Origin: Iphione sp. A-MEVVRFRX5
Taxonomy: Eukaryota
Length of the DNA stretch: 64,000 bases
Assembly: GCA_976226885.1 (NCBI GenBank)
Contig: OZ320314.1
Span: 76,508,001 to 76,572,000, forward strand
Direction: 5' to 3'
The position numbers and the translations under genes are program-made. Numbering within the stretch: the first letter of the stretch is position 1; each line of letters begins with the position of its first letter. The notes below the pieces were generated by a model. It saw only the letters and a program-made list of their open reading frames with translations, ran no database searches and had not been told where the DNA came from. Shown here in pieces: positions 12,169 to 24,470 of the stretch.

Positions 12169-13230
12169 ATGTCGTCCAGTCAGGCCTCCTCAGACCCGGT
12201 TTCTTCACAACATGTCATGGAACAAGTCCTTCTTAGGATAAGTACCATGGAGCAGAACATGGCGAAGCTCCTTCAAGACAAGGAGAAGAAGAAGAAGCGG
12301 TCTAAGATAACCTCGACGAAGACCAAAGTCAAGAGTAAGGTGGAAGTTGTACAGCACCCACCTACGTCTGCGCCTCGTGGGCCGGTGGTCACCGGTGCTG
12401 ACCCCGGTTCACTGCCCGCAGTAACCACGACCCATGGTCAATCATACAGCCATGCCCAGCATGATATGAGGGACGGCGCGGGCTACCACCGGGATGACGA
12501 CGATGACAACGACTATCATGACCTGGACGACAGAGTTACCCATGCCATGGAGATGGAGCGTGTGCACTTCGGGCGCTCTTCAGGTAAGAAGTACACTGAT
12601 CCCGTATCACGTCACTCACACCGGCATTGGCGCCCCTATTTATCGCTCCCCCGCGAGATGGTTAGGCAAGTTAAGAAGCGCGACAGCACTGACGACCTCA
12701 CTATGCCAGAGTATGTCTGTGCCCTCGCAGCTCGTCTTCGGGATGCCCTCCCAAAAGGATCAGAGTTGAGGCTTTTTGCTGCACATATATCAGAAGTCTG
12801 TGAAGACGCCACCCAGGCTACCTGGAATGGAGTACGTGAGTGGTCATTATCTACCATCGACCGGACCGAGCAGGAGACGCTTGCATGGCACAATCAAGAT
12901 GAGATACAGCGCATGCGGAATCGCATGTCTGTAACAAAGGGCAGCATGAGCGAGGACCAACGTCGACATCCATGCCCCCAGTACAATTCTGCTTTCTGTC
13001 ACGAATCAGATGGCCATGCTGAGGGCCCTTATACGTACTGGCACAGGTGCGCCGTGTGTTGGTACGGGGTTGCAAACAAGGAATGCCAACACGCGGCCAC
13101 CGTTTGTGCCAGAAAAGCTCGAATGCGCCCGAAGGACGACCCACAACCTCACAAGCAAGAAAAGGCTGCCGAGCAGCGGTGGAAAAGGGGAGACAAAGCC
13201 AATGACAACAAGGATAATGCAAAAAACTAG
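12169..13230 (+). CDS. Gag-like ORF1 of the YR retrotransposon
   Basis: ATG immediately after repeat A1 (MSSSQASS...). Contains a coiled-coil/basic N-terminal part, a LTMPEY...W.GVREW core and a Cys/His-rich C-terminal motif (CPQYNSAFC...HRCAVC...CQH...C). Confidence 0.85.
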   Translation: MSSSQASSDPVSSQHVMEQVLLRISTMEQNMAKLLQDKEKKKKRSKITSTKTKVKSKVEVVQHPPTSAPRGPVVTGADPGSLPAVTTTHGQSYSHAQHDMRDGAGYHRDDDDDNDYHDLDDRVTHAMEMERVHFGRSSGKKYTDPVSRHSHRHWRPYLSLPREMVRQVKKRDSTDDLTMPEYVCALAARLRDALPKGSELRLFAAHISEVCEDATQATWNGVREWSLSTIDRTEQETLAWHNQDEIQRMRNRMSVTKGSMSEDQRRHPCPQYNSAFCHESDGHAEGPYTYWHRCAVCWYGVANKECQHAATVCARKARMRPKDDPQPHKQEKAAEQRWKRGDKANDNKDNAKN

Positions 13231-13289
13231 CCCCCCCTTGTCGACGCTCTGACAGCGGGGGTGGGTATTATTGTCTCTCATCCACCCCT

Positions 13290-15203
13290 ATGAACCAGGA
13301 CTGTCCAATGGATTTTGATTCTATCTCTCCGATTCAACTTCGGATGCCTGTGCCCTCGCCCAGCGGTACATCCGATTCGGCCCAGGGCCCTGCCCCATGC
13401 AAGGTCGACATGTCTGCAGGTGGGTCGCCCATACTCAGCACCCCCCATAGCGCGGACGAGCCGGGATACAGTCCCCTAGCTCTACTCAACCGTGAACTGT
13501 TGGCCCACAACAGGCGAACAGTATGGCCTGCTGCACACCACGCCCTTGACCAGCGCTTGGCCTATATATATACAATTGTAGCGGGCACAGGACATACCAA
13601 TGCTCAGGCTGCATGCCTCCCACTTAATGCGCTGCCAGCACATAAATGGTCAGTTCATGCTACAGGTCACCCAGACGATGACATGGTGTTACGAGGGATA
13701 ATGTATGGCTTCCCACTGGGTTATGAGGGTCCGCCGCTGCTTCGACCTCCCCCTGCCAACCATGCCTCAGCACTCGCCTACCCCGATGCGATCAGGGAAT
13801 ATTTGAAAACTGAGGTTGCTCTCGGGGCGATTGTAGGCCCCTTTTCATCACCGCCGTTTTCTCCCTGGTTTGTAACGGCACCATTAATGACGCGGCCGAA
13901 GAACGACGGTAGTCGTCGCGTCATTGTTGATCTCTCATATCCAGAGCGATCAAATGTCAACCACTTCATCCACAAGAATGTCATCGATGGCCGTGAGTAC
14001 CAACACACACTGCCAACCGTGGATGATCTAGCCCAAATCCTTTCGGACACCACAGCCCCTCCATACTTGGCCGTCATAGACTTGAAGCGCGCATATCGCC
14101 ACTTCCGGGTCTGCCCTGCAGATTGGCCACTCTTAGGCATTATCGTCGATGGGCACTATTATTTCGATACAGCACTACCATTTGGTGCTAGATGCTCGTC
14201 GATGGTGATGCAGCATGTGGCAGAATTCATCATCAGGGCGGCCCGGGAGATCGGCATATGTGCGCTCATGTATCTCGATGACATAGTTATTGTGTCAGCG
14301 AATGAACAGATCGCATGGATCCATTACCATCAGATGATCAACTTGCTGGAGGACCTTGGCTTGACAGTCGCACGCGCTAAGCTTCAGCCTCCATCGCGCT
14401 GCATTACGTGGCTTGGCATTACAGTCGATACAGAGATCGCCCAATTGTCAATTCCCGTACAAAAGATCCAGGAATATGTAACGCTCTTCAATGACATTTG
14501 TGCCAAACAGTCCATTTCTAGGAAGCAGTGCCAGGAAGTCACCGGCAAGGTGAATCATATGGCCCGCATCATTCGCCCTGCTCGCCTCTTTATGTGCCGT
14601 CTGCTCTCAGCACTCAGGGGGGCTAAGCTGGATACCGTCGTTATTGACTCTACAGTTCGGGCAGATCTGAGATGGTTGGCTACGTTCCCGACGACATGCA
14701 ATGCTCGGTCGTACCATCCGGACAGACCGATAACAGTAACGATCGAGGCGGACGCCTGCCTGGTGGGTGCTGGTGCTACTGATGGACATCGCTGTTACTG
14801 CACAAGATGGTCTCCGGCTATGGCGAATAACCATCACATTAGCCAGCTGGAGGCCATCAACTGTCTCATGGCTGTGCGCACATTTCTTCAGTTCCTGTCC
14901 CCAGACGATCACATTCTAGTCAAGTGCGATAATCGCGCTGCAGTCGACGTGATGAATTTCGGACGGGGCAGAGACTATGTTATTAATGCTTGCGCACGTG
15001 CTTTGTGGATGGAATCCTATGCAACCGGCATCCTAATTACATTTGTGCATACTCCTGGCATACTCATGGATACGGCAGATGCACTAAGTCGCGCTTTCAT
15101 CTCCGGGGCAGCGAGGGAGAGGGCGCGCCAATGCATACAACGACATCACCTCAATGAGATTGCTGTCAACCCCTTGGCATCAAACTACCATCCGTTCATC
15201 TGA
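13290..15203 (+). CDS. Reverse transcriptase / RNase H ORF (frame open back to 13227)
   Basis: RT motifs RVIVDLS, DLKRAYRH, LPFGARCS, YLDD, WLGI. RNase H motifs EADAC...HISQLEA...CDN...ADALSR. Confidence 0.95.
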   Translation: MNQDCPMDFDSISPIQLRMPVPSPSGTSDSAQGPAPCKVDMSAGGSPILSTPHSADEPGYSPLALLNRELLAHNRRTVWPAAHHALDQRLAYIYTIVAGTGHTNAQAACLPLNALPAHKWSVHATGHPDDDMVLRGIMYGFPLGYEGPPLLRPPPANHASALAYPDAIREYLKTEVALGAIVGPFSSPPFSPWFVTAPLMTRPKNDGSRRVIVDLSYPERSNVNHFIHKNVIDGREYQHTLPTVDDLAQILSDTTAPPYLAVIDLKRAYRHFRVCPADWPLLGIIVDGHYYFDTALPFGARCSSMVMQHVAEFIIRAAREIGICALMYLDDIVIVSANEQIAWIHYHQMINLLEDLGLTVARAKLQPPSRCITWLGITVDTEIAQLSIPVQKIQEYVTLFNDICAKQSISRKQCQEVTGKVNHMARIIRPARLFMCRLLSALRGAKLDTVVIDSTVRADLRWLATFPTTCNARSYHPDRPITVTIEADACLVGAGATDGHRCYCTRWSPAMANNHHISQLEAINCLMAVRTFLQFLSPDDHILVKCDNRAAVDVMNFGRGRDYVINACARALWMESYATGILITFVHTPGILMDTADALSRAFISGAARERARQCIQRHHLNEIAVNPLASNYHPFI

Positions 15204-15221
15204 TCGCTTGATTCTTTGCAG

Positions 15222-16168
15222 ATCCGACGCATGAGTCACTTCTCCGGTCAGCTGAGGCGCGACAGGCCCAAGCATTTCGGCCTGGGTCAAATGCCAATCG
15301 AATGTCCGCGGTCAGGAAGTTCCTACGTTTCGCCCTTCGTTTCAATGTAGATCATCGACACCCTACGCCACAGCAAATTTGCGTATTCATAGAGGACTGT
15401 TCCCGCTACATGACAGCTGCCTCCGTGGCAAACACTTTGTCTGCCCTTAAGATACACTCTGCTAACCTGGGCCGGCCTGTGGCTTCATGGGAATCAAGAC
15501 TTGTCCGCAACGCGCTGCGCGCGTTGGCACGACAGCCGCAGCCCTTGCCGCGTCGCCCTGTGGTGCGCGGCCAGACCTTCATGCAGGTGCTCCATCGCAT
15601 GCAAGTCTCTCCCTTACATCGTACGGTGGCAGCGGGTTTAGCCATACTCTTCGTGACCATGCTGCGACAATCATCCGTCTTCCCGAGTACATCGAGGGCG
15701 TTCGATCCTGAACGTCAGCTCAGGCGATGCGACGTTCGGCTGTCGGCAGCTACGCTACAAGTCACCATAAGATGCACTAAGACCCGTCAGGTCGCTGGGC
15801 GACAGGAGGTGCTCACTGTCCCGCTTGTTCTTGATGGACTAGATGCTGCCCCGTACATATGCTGGCTACTCGCTGCGACGTCGGGGTCGTCCGCTACCGC
15901 CCCACTTTGTGCCTTCCCCGGTGAGACTGACGCAATACCAATCTCAGTCGTCAGGCGTTTGTGGGCTCAGGCGTTTAAGTCTCTCGGTTACCAAGACCCC
16001 CTGCCTACTATTCATGGCCTCCGCAGAGGGGCGGCGCAGGCCCTGCATCTGGCCGGAGTGTCGACATCTGAACTCATGCGCAGGGGGGATTGGAAATCGG
16101 CGGCAGTGTGTGCATACGTTCCCCAGCTTCGGCCAGCTCATGTTATTGCGGCTAAGAAACAACAGTAA
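15222..16168 (+). CDS. Tyrosine recombinase (integrase) of the retrotransposon; probably a spliced second exon
   Basis: Catalytic set MLRQSS (R), TKT (K), HGLRRG (HxxR), GDWKS (W), VCAY (Y). The frame is open from 15224, upstream of the first ATG (15302), just after the acceptor ttctttgcag ending at 15221. Confidence 0.88.
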
Positions 16169-16176
16169 CTTTGGCA

Positions 16177-16346
16177 TCTGTCCCTATATGAACTTGATCG
16201 GCAGCTCGCAATACCATGAAATATTCACTTTTTACATTTTACTTCATCTTATTCGTATTTTATCTACTTACCACTACTGTATTTTATGATGTCTGTTCTA
16301 TTGTATTAAAATCTGATTTCTCCACCCCCGCCTCTTGTCGTTAATG
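16177..16346 (+). repeat. Split direct repeat B1 (identical copy B2 at 16488-16657)
   Basis: 170-bp exact repeat containing an ATTAAA polyadenylation-like signal. Confidence 0.95.
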
Positions 16347-17799
16347 TGGGCCAATTGGAAGGCGTTATAATTGGCGGTCATTGACGGGGGGCGGGGGTGG
16401 GCGAGCGAGGGTCATTCTCGCTTGCCTCGTGGTGCCGACAAACCGCCCACCCACCCTACATTCTCTTGGACACGACACTCATAGGGCTCTGTCCCTATAT
16501 GAACTTGATCGGCAGCTCGCAATACCATGAAATATTCACTTTTTACATTTTACTTCATCTTATTCGTATTTTATCTACTTACCACTACTGTATTTTATGA
16601 TGTCTGTTCTATTGTATTAAAATCTGATTTCTCCACCCCCGCCTCTTGTCGTTAATGAGGGGTGACCACCGGGGTAAGTCTTAAGACTATACATGTACAC
16701 CCATATCTGGTGTGGGTAATATGTTCATAAGAGATATTTTCACTGAAAAAAAAAACTTTTATGATGAAACGTATATAGGCAATAGCAAAAACACAGGTGC
16801 CGGGACTTCAAAGATATACACTGGGGTAGGTGCAATGTCTGGACAGCTGCTCTAATCACACAGTAAACCACTACAATACATAGCCTAGGCTGACCTTAAC
16901 AGTAATTGCTATTAAGTTTCATACATTCAAATTTAAGATCTAACATGGTCACTGCGAAAAGAAGTAATCCATTAGTTGATATTTATAAAAATCCATTCTG
17001 ATATTAACCAAATGTTATTTGTGGGTGGTCACTTGGCCATCTGAAAGACCAATCCGCTATTTAGACCAGAGATCTCTGTTGAGACCAAGCTTGAAAAGGA
17101 CAAAATACAATTTTTCCATATTATCTGCTCTTAAATAATTTTAATCCTCAGACAAGACCACTTTTGAAAAAGATGTGTGGTATTATTTGTATAAAAATAA
17201 TAATAATAATATTAATTTAGTCCTGATAATTCACTTCATGAAGGCATTTGTCATACCAGGATAGATACATCAAAATAATGGAGTATCTGGATATTACACT
17301 TAGTCTTGAGTAATGTATAGTCATTTAAGAGTTACAATTAAAATTTTACAGGACATATAAATAATGAATTGTTAAAGCTTGAAAGGTCCTTATTATATCT
17401 TTGTGATCAATACACAAATCTTGATAATATCCTGAACTGATTGATAGTCTATTTACACTACCTATATAAAACGTTGCCTGAAAGTAGTACGGCAATGGGG
17501 GAGAGGTCTCATGCCTGTGAGACTCTTTCCAACCCTCCTTATTTGCCTCCTTTCACATATTTTTGTTGATACTTTTTCAAATCACATACAGTAGCACATG
17601 TTTTCTATCACAAAATGCAAAACAAAAGAAAATGAACCAAAAATTGTGTTACTTTGGACTACTTTGGACAGGGGAAGAGACAAAGAGAGTATCACTACGC
17701 CTGTCTGCCTGTAAACAAAAGACTGCAGTCTGTACTTTGACCCCTCCCCCCCACACACACACTTCTACAAGGGAGGGATGAATCGGTGCTGAAGGCGCT

Positions 17800-20420
17800 T
17801 GTCCCCTATAAAAATGGTCAAGATTGTTCCATTGCTTTATTGCCAGGTAGTGCACAGAATGTTTTATCAATTCAGTCCTTGGTTTAGGGATGCACAATAG
17901 ATTGACATCATGTTGTTTGGTGTTTAGCTGGTCTTGTCTCGGCAGGAGATAGAGCAAGTTCATATTATGTACTAAGTTTACAGTGAAATATTTCCTTTGA
18001 TGATTTACAGTCATCATGTTATATAGCATATGCAGGTCCTGGCTAGATAGCATGATCTTACTTTTATGATAGGCTTTTTCAGAGCTATAGATAATTGCTA
18101 CGGCTCAATTTTGCAATCTCTGTAACTGCAACAGATCTCTTTTGCTGTAGCAACTGATTAAGACCGTCAAGTAATCAACCTGTGGTAGGATAAAGCCCTT
18201 GTACAGCCTCAACAAATAAACAGTATTTAAATACCTTTTCAATCTATATAGCATACTGATATTCTATGTTATTTTCTTTGTTACCTTGAGTACCTCAGAT
18301 TTATATTTCATATTGCTTTCTAGAATCACACCTAGATACATGTAGGAGTTAACATATTCTATCGCATCATCACCAGCCAGTATTCTGTGATCCGGTGTCA
18401 CATCGGTTACATATACAGGCGAGATTTTGCTGGCGTTCATTACCAGGCAAATTTGAGCACACCACCTAACAAGATTTTGCATAATAGTTTGAGTCTTATT
18501 AGCTAAAGCACAAAGGTCTTTGGCTGAGATCAAAATCAAGGTATCATCTGCAAAGAGGGTAACATCTGCTTTAACATGCATTGGTAGATTATTAATATAC
18601 CATTGACAGAGCAATATTGTACCCTGTTTGATAGGTAACTCTCAAACGGTTTTATTGTTGTTTCTGCAAATCCAAATTGGTGGCATAGCTTTCTTATTAG
18701 TATATCATGGGTTACAGTGTCAAAAACCCTTTTGAGGGTAACACATACTACATTGCTATTTAATTTGGAATTCAGATTGGCATAGATTTTGTTCGTGACA
18801 CTAAAGATTGCTTCTCTAGTACCACGGGATGGCCTAAAGCCAAACTGTTGCTCAGTTAATTTCCTTTCTTTTTCGAGGTAGTCATATAATTTATTGTAGA
18901 TGATTTTTTCAAAGATTTTCGAAGGTGCAGGTAATAATGATATTGGTCTGCAATTGTCCATGAGCATTGTGTCACCCTTCTTGAATTAAGTGATCACTTT
19001 GCAGTCTTCCATTTGTGTGGAAATGTTGCAGTGCTTATTGCAGTATTCAAGAGGTGAGTGAACTGTTTTAAACATGAGTTTTGACAGTGCCAAAACAGTT
19101 TAGTCGGAATACCATTAATGTTGCAGTTCTTGGTTTTTCTTGATAGCTTTAATGGCATTGGCAACATCCAACTCATGAATTTTCCTGAGTTTGAATTCTA
19201 TACCTGACATATCATGTTGAGAGCTCGTATAGTAATCACAGTCAGATAGGTTTTTAGTGATTGCTGTTGCAATGTTGGTGAAGTGGTTATTAAATGCATT
19301 TGTCACTTTATGCGTGGGAATTTCTGAGCCATCCTTGTTGATCCTAACATTTGAGGATTCCTTTCTTTGTTGACCATATAGTTCTTTAATGACTGACCAA
19401 TACTCTGCTCCGTTCTTTCTACATTCATGCGATTTCTTTTTATAATAGAAAGATTTATGTGCTTTTATGTTTTTTTTACCTGGTTCTTTAGATGACTAGC
19501 TATTCTTTTAGTGTGGGTATCTTTGCGTTCCTTTGCCTTTTTAAGATAACGGTTTTTCAATCTGATGCTTTTCAACAATTCCTTGGTAACCCAAGGTGAC
19601 TTGTTATTACAAGAAACTCTTTTGGTGATTATAGGAGTAACTTTATCCAGGGTGCTCACCATGTTGTCTTCAAAGTTTTGCCAAATATAGTTCACATCAG
19701 TGCTGTTGTATGACCCATACCAGTTGCTGGACTTAGGGGTACCAGTGACACCATTTAGAATTTCTTGGCTGACACTTCTGTAATGTATGGTTTTTGTTTA
19801 AGACAAGTTTGATCTACGATTGTTGATCTTCTTGCACACGTTACATAGTGATCAGATAGGCCTAAGTCCATCATACCACTCTTAATGATATGCTTGCAAT
19901 TACTAGAGATTGTATCAATAAGAGTAGACTTCTGCACAACCCTGGTTGGTGATTGTATATGGTTAATCAAATATTTCTCGCTAAGCAGCTGTACAAATTT
20001 CTTCTTATTGATAAGGCCTTACATAATAGATCTATGTTAATATCACCAGTTATGTTAATATCTCTTCTATGATTGATGGAGTTTAGTACCTTGTTTAATT
20101 TCACAGTGAGGTTATTTATGGAGCCATTGGGAGGACAATAAACATTGATGATAACAGTTTTTTTCGTCTTTTTTGGTTGCATTTCTATTACTTGCACCTC
20201 AACATCTGTATCCACAAGATTAAGAGTGTGACCATATTCATTAGCAGAATATTCCTCCTGTAGTAAATTAGAAGTCCCCCACCATTCTTGGTCCTAACAG
20301 AGGTATCATCACTATTACATCTGTCAGGCCTAGATATATTATATCCTGGTAGCTGTAAGGAACAGGTTGGCACTTTATTGTTAAGCCAGGTTTCCTGAAT
20401 TGTTATAATATGAGTTTATT
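17800..20420 (-). pseudogene. Decayed LINE (CR1/L2-group-like) ORF2: APE endonuclease plus RT
   Basis: Ordered minus-strand fragments: LPGYNISRPDR...GGGLLIY, INVYCPPN, ITGDINIDL, SPWVTKELL, NCRPISLLPAPSKIFEK...QFGFRP, LFADDT, YMYLGVILE, PRTELIKHSVHYLAIKQWNNL. Many frameshifts. Confidence 0.9.
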
Positions 20421-23400
20421 CATGAAATATAAAACAGCCTACAATACATAGGGAAGAGTTCCATAGAGCTCCTCCCTATATATGTATACCATTGTTTTGT
20501 GATTCCTATTGCCATGTGATTTTCTGCTAGAATTGTTTTGGTGTGATTTTAACCCCTTCCTGACTGGCCATAGGCTTATGCAGCACTTTTGGCAGATAAG
20601 GCTATAAGTATTTCAGACATAGTTAATGTAATATATTAAGCATGATGGACAATAGAAGTCCTAAGAAGTGTAAAATAGATGACTAGATCAAAATTGAAAG
20701 AATTCCATTAAGGGTAGCTAATAAGAGGGTTATGTTTCTCATGCATAAGTCATTGGCTAGCCAATTTTAGAAGTTAGCATATATATATATTTTTTCTAAT
20801 AAGTAAACTCTATGGCACTTTAGAGTAAATTGTTGTCATCCATCAAGATAGCCTGTCAACTTGTTCAACTTGAATGTCTTTTGAAAAGATTTCTATTTCT
20901 ATTTTGCAAATGCGGAAGACTTTTTCAATTCAATAATGTGTATGGTAGAAGTTTGTATATTTGCATATAATAGTATCATATCCTATATATACTAGGTACA
21001 AACCATATCTATGTTATAAATATTTAATTTTCATTGTCAAATTTAAGATAAATTATAGTTATTACATTAACTTATCAAATAACAAGACATTTTATGAAAT
21101 AGAATTATCTGTTACAAATATTGTTACCATGGTAACATCTTATTATTAATGACATCATTTTTGGGTGTCAACAACCATCAACTCAAATAGATATAAAAAC
21201 TGAATTCAGACTGTTTCCATGGATTTATCATTTCAGTAAATCTTCCCAGTTACCAAATTCTCTGACTTAGTAATAAGCCTACCAGTAGCTGAGCGTATAA
21301 TATCTTCCAGTTTGATCTGAAATGTACAATCTGGGCTTGTATGGATACGGACTTTCACTTCATTTAAATGTGCACATGTAGATCCTCTATTTTCAAAATA
21401 ATAACTTTATTCCAAGTACAGATGTTGTGCTCTGATTTAAATGTATATACGATATGGCATGTTTGAACATTGATTTCCTTTTTGCATTGATTTGATGAAA
21501 ACTGTGGATCTGGCATTTGTGCATTATTGGAAATGTACCTCTCGCCACCTCCAGGCTCTTGCACCTTTATGTAGAGATGCTTGCCATGCCATACCTGTGT
21601 ATTTCATACCTGTGTACTCCTGTCTTTGTGCTCTCCTCCTGTGTGTGTCGACAGGGGCTTGTGTGCGTGTGTGCACCTGTGTCGACGTGTTGAAGGGTAT
21701 GCTTGACACGTGACGCGCGCGATGCCTATAGTTTAAAGGTGCCTTAGCTGATCCCGAATGCTGATGTAGCATCTTGATCCAGGGCCACAGAGACAACGGC
21801 AAGAGCTGCTTCAGCATTGGCGGCGGTTACTGAGTGGCGACGGTGAGCACACCAATGTATAGCAGCCACTTAGCAACGCTGAATAGACTTGCTTACTCAG
21901 CATGTTACAATTGACCATCATGTTATCCTTGTCTTTTTGATGTCGCCTTGTTTGGGCCGCCGGCAAATGACAAAGGTTCACCGAGCCCGATCAAAAAATG
22001 CCATCCGAGCTTTACTTAGTTTTCGATGTGTCTGGTGATGTTTTCTTTATTTTCGGGCGAGTTAATGAAGTGTTGGCTGTGGTGACTAGGCATGGCTTCA
22101 TAGTGCCAGAGGAGAAGGTTGAGGACCGACTTCTGCTCTGGTGCTCGTGGCGCCAACCTCATCTTGGCGACACGATAATAAGGGCACTATGGTCTCTTCC
22201 GTTAATTAAGGACCAATTTAGCCATTCTCAATCGATTTGATTTCGTATATCAGTTATAAAAATTAAACCAGGGCTTGGTTTTCTGTTTTAGATACTGGTT
22301 TCAAAATACAATTTCCAGCGGCTTGTATCTAAAATACATTCTGACATGTTCCATTATGTATTTCCCTTTTATTGAGCAATAAAGCGAGACATTTCTATTG
22401 AGTAAACATTTAAAGTTATACAAGTATAGTCGCAGTACACTATATTCCGCTGCATCTGCTTTCGAGTTCTCGACATGGAAATACGTATCAAGAATCGAAA
22501 TTGTCTATATGGGCCGCGCATTAGGCATGCATGGAATTAAAATAAATAATGCTATCCGACAGGACATCGCTTGCGCATGCTTTTCTTCCTTTGTACAATC
22601 TATCCGTCTATTTCTATCGTCGTATTTATATAATACTTGACTTCTGCGGGGATTCAATTATTTCTCTTTTCACTTTATCCAATATATCTTTTATTCCTTA
22701 TTTCCCATTTTGCCTCTCGTTCTCCTCCTGTCCCACCTTCCCCGTCCTCAGAGACGGGTTCCCAGGAAGCTAGTTCATGAACGCAAGCTATGCTTTAGTT
22801 TGCACCGTAGTCTATGTATTGATGACCAATATATTATGGATGACTCGGGATCTGGCCAGTTGTCGGAATAAATGAGATCATTAGGAAGGGCGCGCGCTGT
22901 TAGGGCGGGGCCAGTCACATTGACATTCTGTGGCTGACTTGAGGGTGAGTGCACCCACTACCACCGCAACCAGTACCACCTTCATCAGTACTACTAGCAA
23001 TGGCAGCCGCAGCAGGAACTGTTAGTCTTGAGATCCAGGGTTTGTATGTCAGTTTGTTGGCCAGGGAGGTTGCGGTGGGGGCTGCGGGGGAGACCGTTGA
23101 TGGTGGTGCTGCAGGGCAGCATGATTGGGGAGGCAGTGTCTGTAGTGCACGGCAGTCGTCTTGGTTGCTACGCAGGTGGTGATGCGGGAGAGCGTGGGTG
23201 AGTTGGGAAGTATGTGATGGTTTGCGCTGGGTGGGGTGGGGCCATGGGAAGGCGGGGGTGGGGGAGGGGATGGGTGGGCGGGTATAGCAAGGGATCTATA
23301 ACGGCCAAGATCGAGGCTGGACAGTCGCCGCAGCTGTATGCGATCTAGCGGACAAAGCGAGCTGCACAATCGCAGTCGCATAGAGGCGCGACCTTGAATG

Positions 23401-24404
23401 ACCTTGGTGCCCGCCATGTCCGGCTTAGCTTGTACACCCTGCTCACTAGGGGGCGTTGGCAACCATTACGAAGGATGAGCAGACCACTGCATGGCTACTT
23501 AAGGAAACATATCATGACCAGCTTTCACATGACTCCAGATAGTCCCAAATGAGTATCAGATCGAGAAATAATCCAGATTTGTAGCAAAAGTATACAAAAA
23601 GCGTCAATGAAACCTGACAATGCACATCAAGCTCCTAAAAGCATTATGAAATGGTCTGCTGGGACTGCATAATTTGTAGCCCGCTAGGGCAAACCTAGTT
23701 AAAAAATACATTTTAGAATTTGCTTGAACTAGAACAGTTGTTGGGATTCAATTTGTCACAAGAACTGTTTCGTGGTACGAGTGGAGGAAGGTGAAAAAAA
23801 ACTAAAATCCGCGTCTGCCATCTCCCTCCTCTGCCTCCAGCACCGTCGACCACAACCCTAGCATGTGACGCTAACGTTCGCCGCACACTGACCAGGAGAC
23901 TCTTTCGGAAAACGCGACACCCAATTCAGTACTCTCATGTCGGCATTGCGAGTTGCAAATGCAATTCTTCCAACGGAACCCAGTCTAAACATTTGTTTGT
24001 CGCATAAACGTCATACAGAGACAATTTACATTCCTGTCAGACAGTTCTAAACCAGTTGTCTGAACGCGTATGATTCTTTTTATCGATAAGACCCACTTAC
24101 ATAGAAAACACGGATTGATGATAAAACATTCGCAGTCCAACCTGCATCATGTACATGTACTACCAACATGGTTTCTGTAATGCATTAAACTTTAAGACAA
24201 CACAACATTAGTGGGACGCTCTTAACGGAACTTGTGTGGCTATCCGAACAAGCCCGCAGCCCTAGTAGTGATACATCAAGCGTCCGGATCAGGCGCCCGT
24301 CTGGGGATCGTCCGTACACATGGATCCGCACGGCTCTACGGCGCGGCTAGCCACCCGAGGTAGAGGAAGCAGACGTAGAGATTGCAGAAAGACAGCAATA
24401 TAGA

Positions 24405-24470
24405 TAGACAGACAGACAGAGAGAGAGACAGACAGACAGGCAGGCAGAGACAAGCCAAGTAAAACAGATA
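24405..24470. repeat. (GACA/GATA/GA)n compound microsatellite
   Basis: Direct reading of the sequence. Confidence 0.8.

Larger units (their letters stand above)
12068..16657 (+). mobile_element. Full-length DIRS-order tyrosine-recombinase retrotransposon with split direct repeats (Ngaro/PAT architecture, most likely Ngaro-like)
   Basis: Order is A1(12068-12167)-gag-RT/RNaseH-YR-B1(16177-16346)-A2(16342-16441)-spacer-B2(16488-16657). A1=A2 and B1=B2 appear identical. All three ORFs are uninterrupted. No methyltransferase domain follows RNase H. Confidence 0.92.

Noticed and set aside
16177-16657. Tandem repeats or CRISPR-like array
   Set aside because: The B-A-B layout is the split direct repeat of the retrotransposon. 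No CRISPR-like repeat-spacer array was seen anywhere in the window.
20550-20735. piggyBac-like MITE (TTAACCCCTT start)
   Set aside because: No matching right TIR with TTAA was found.
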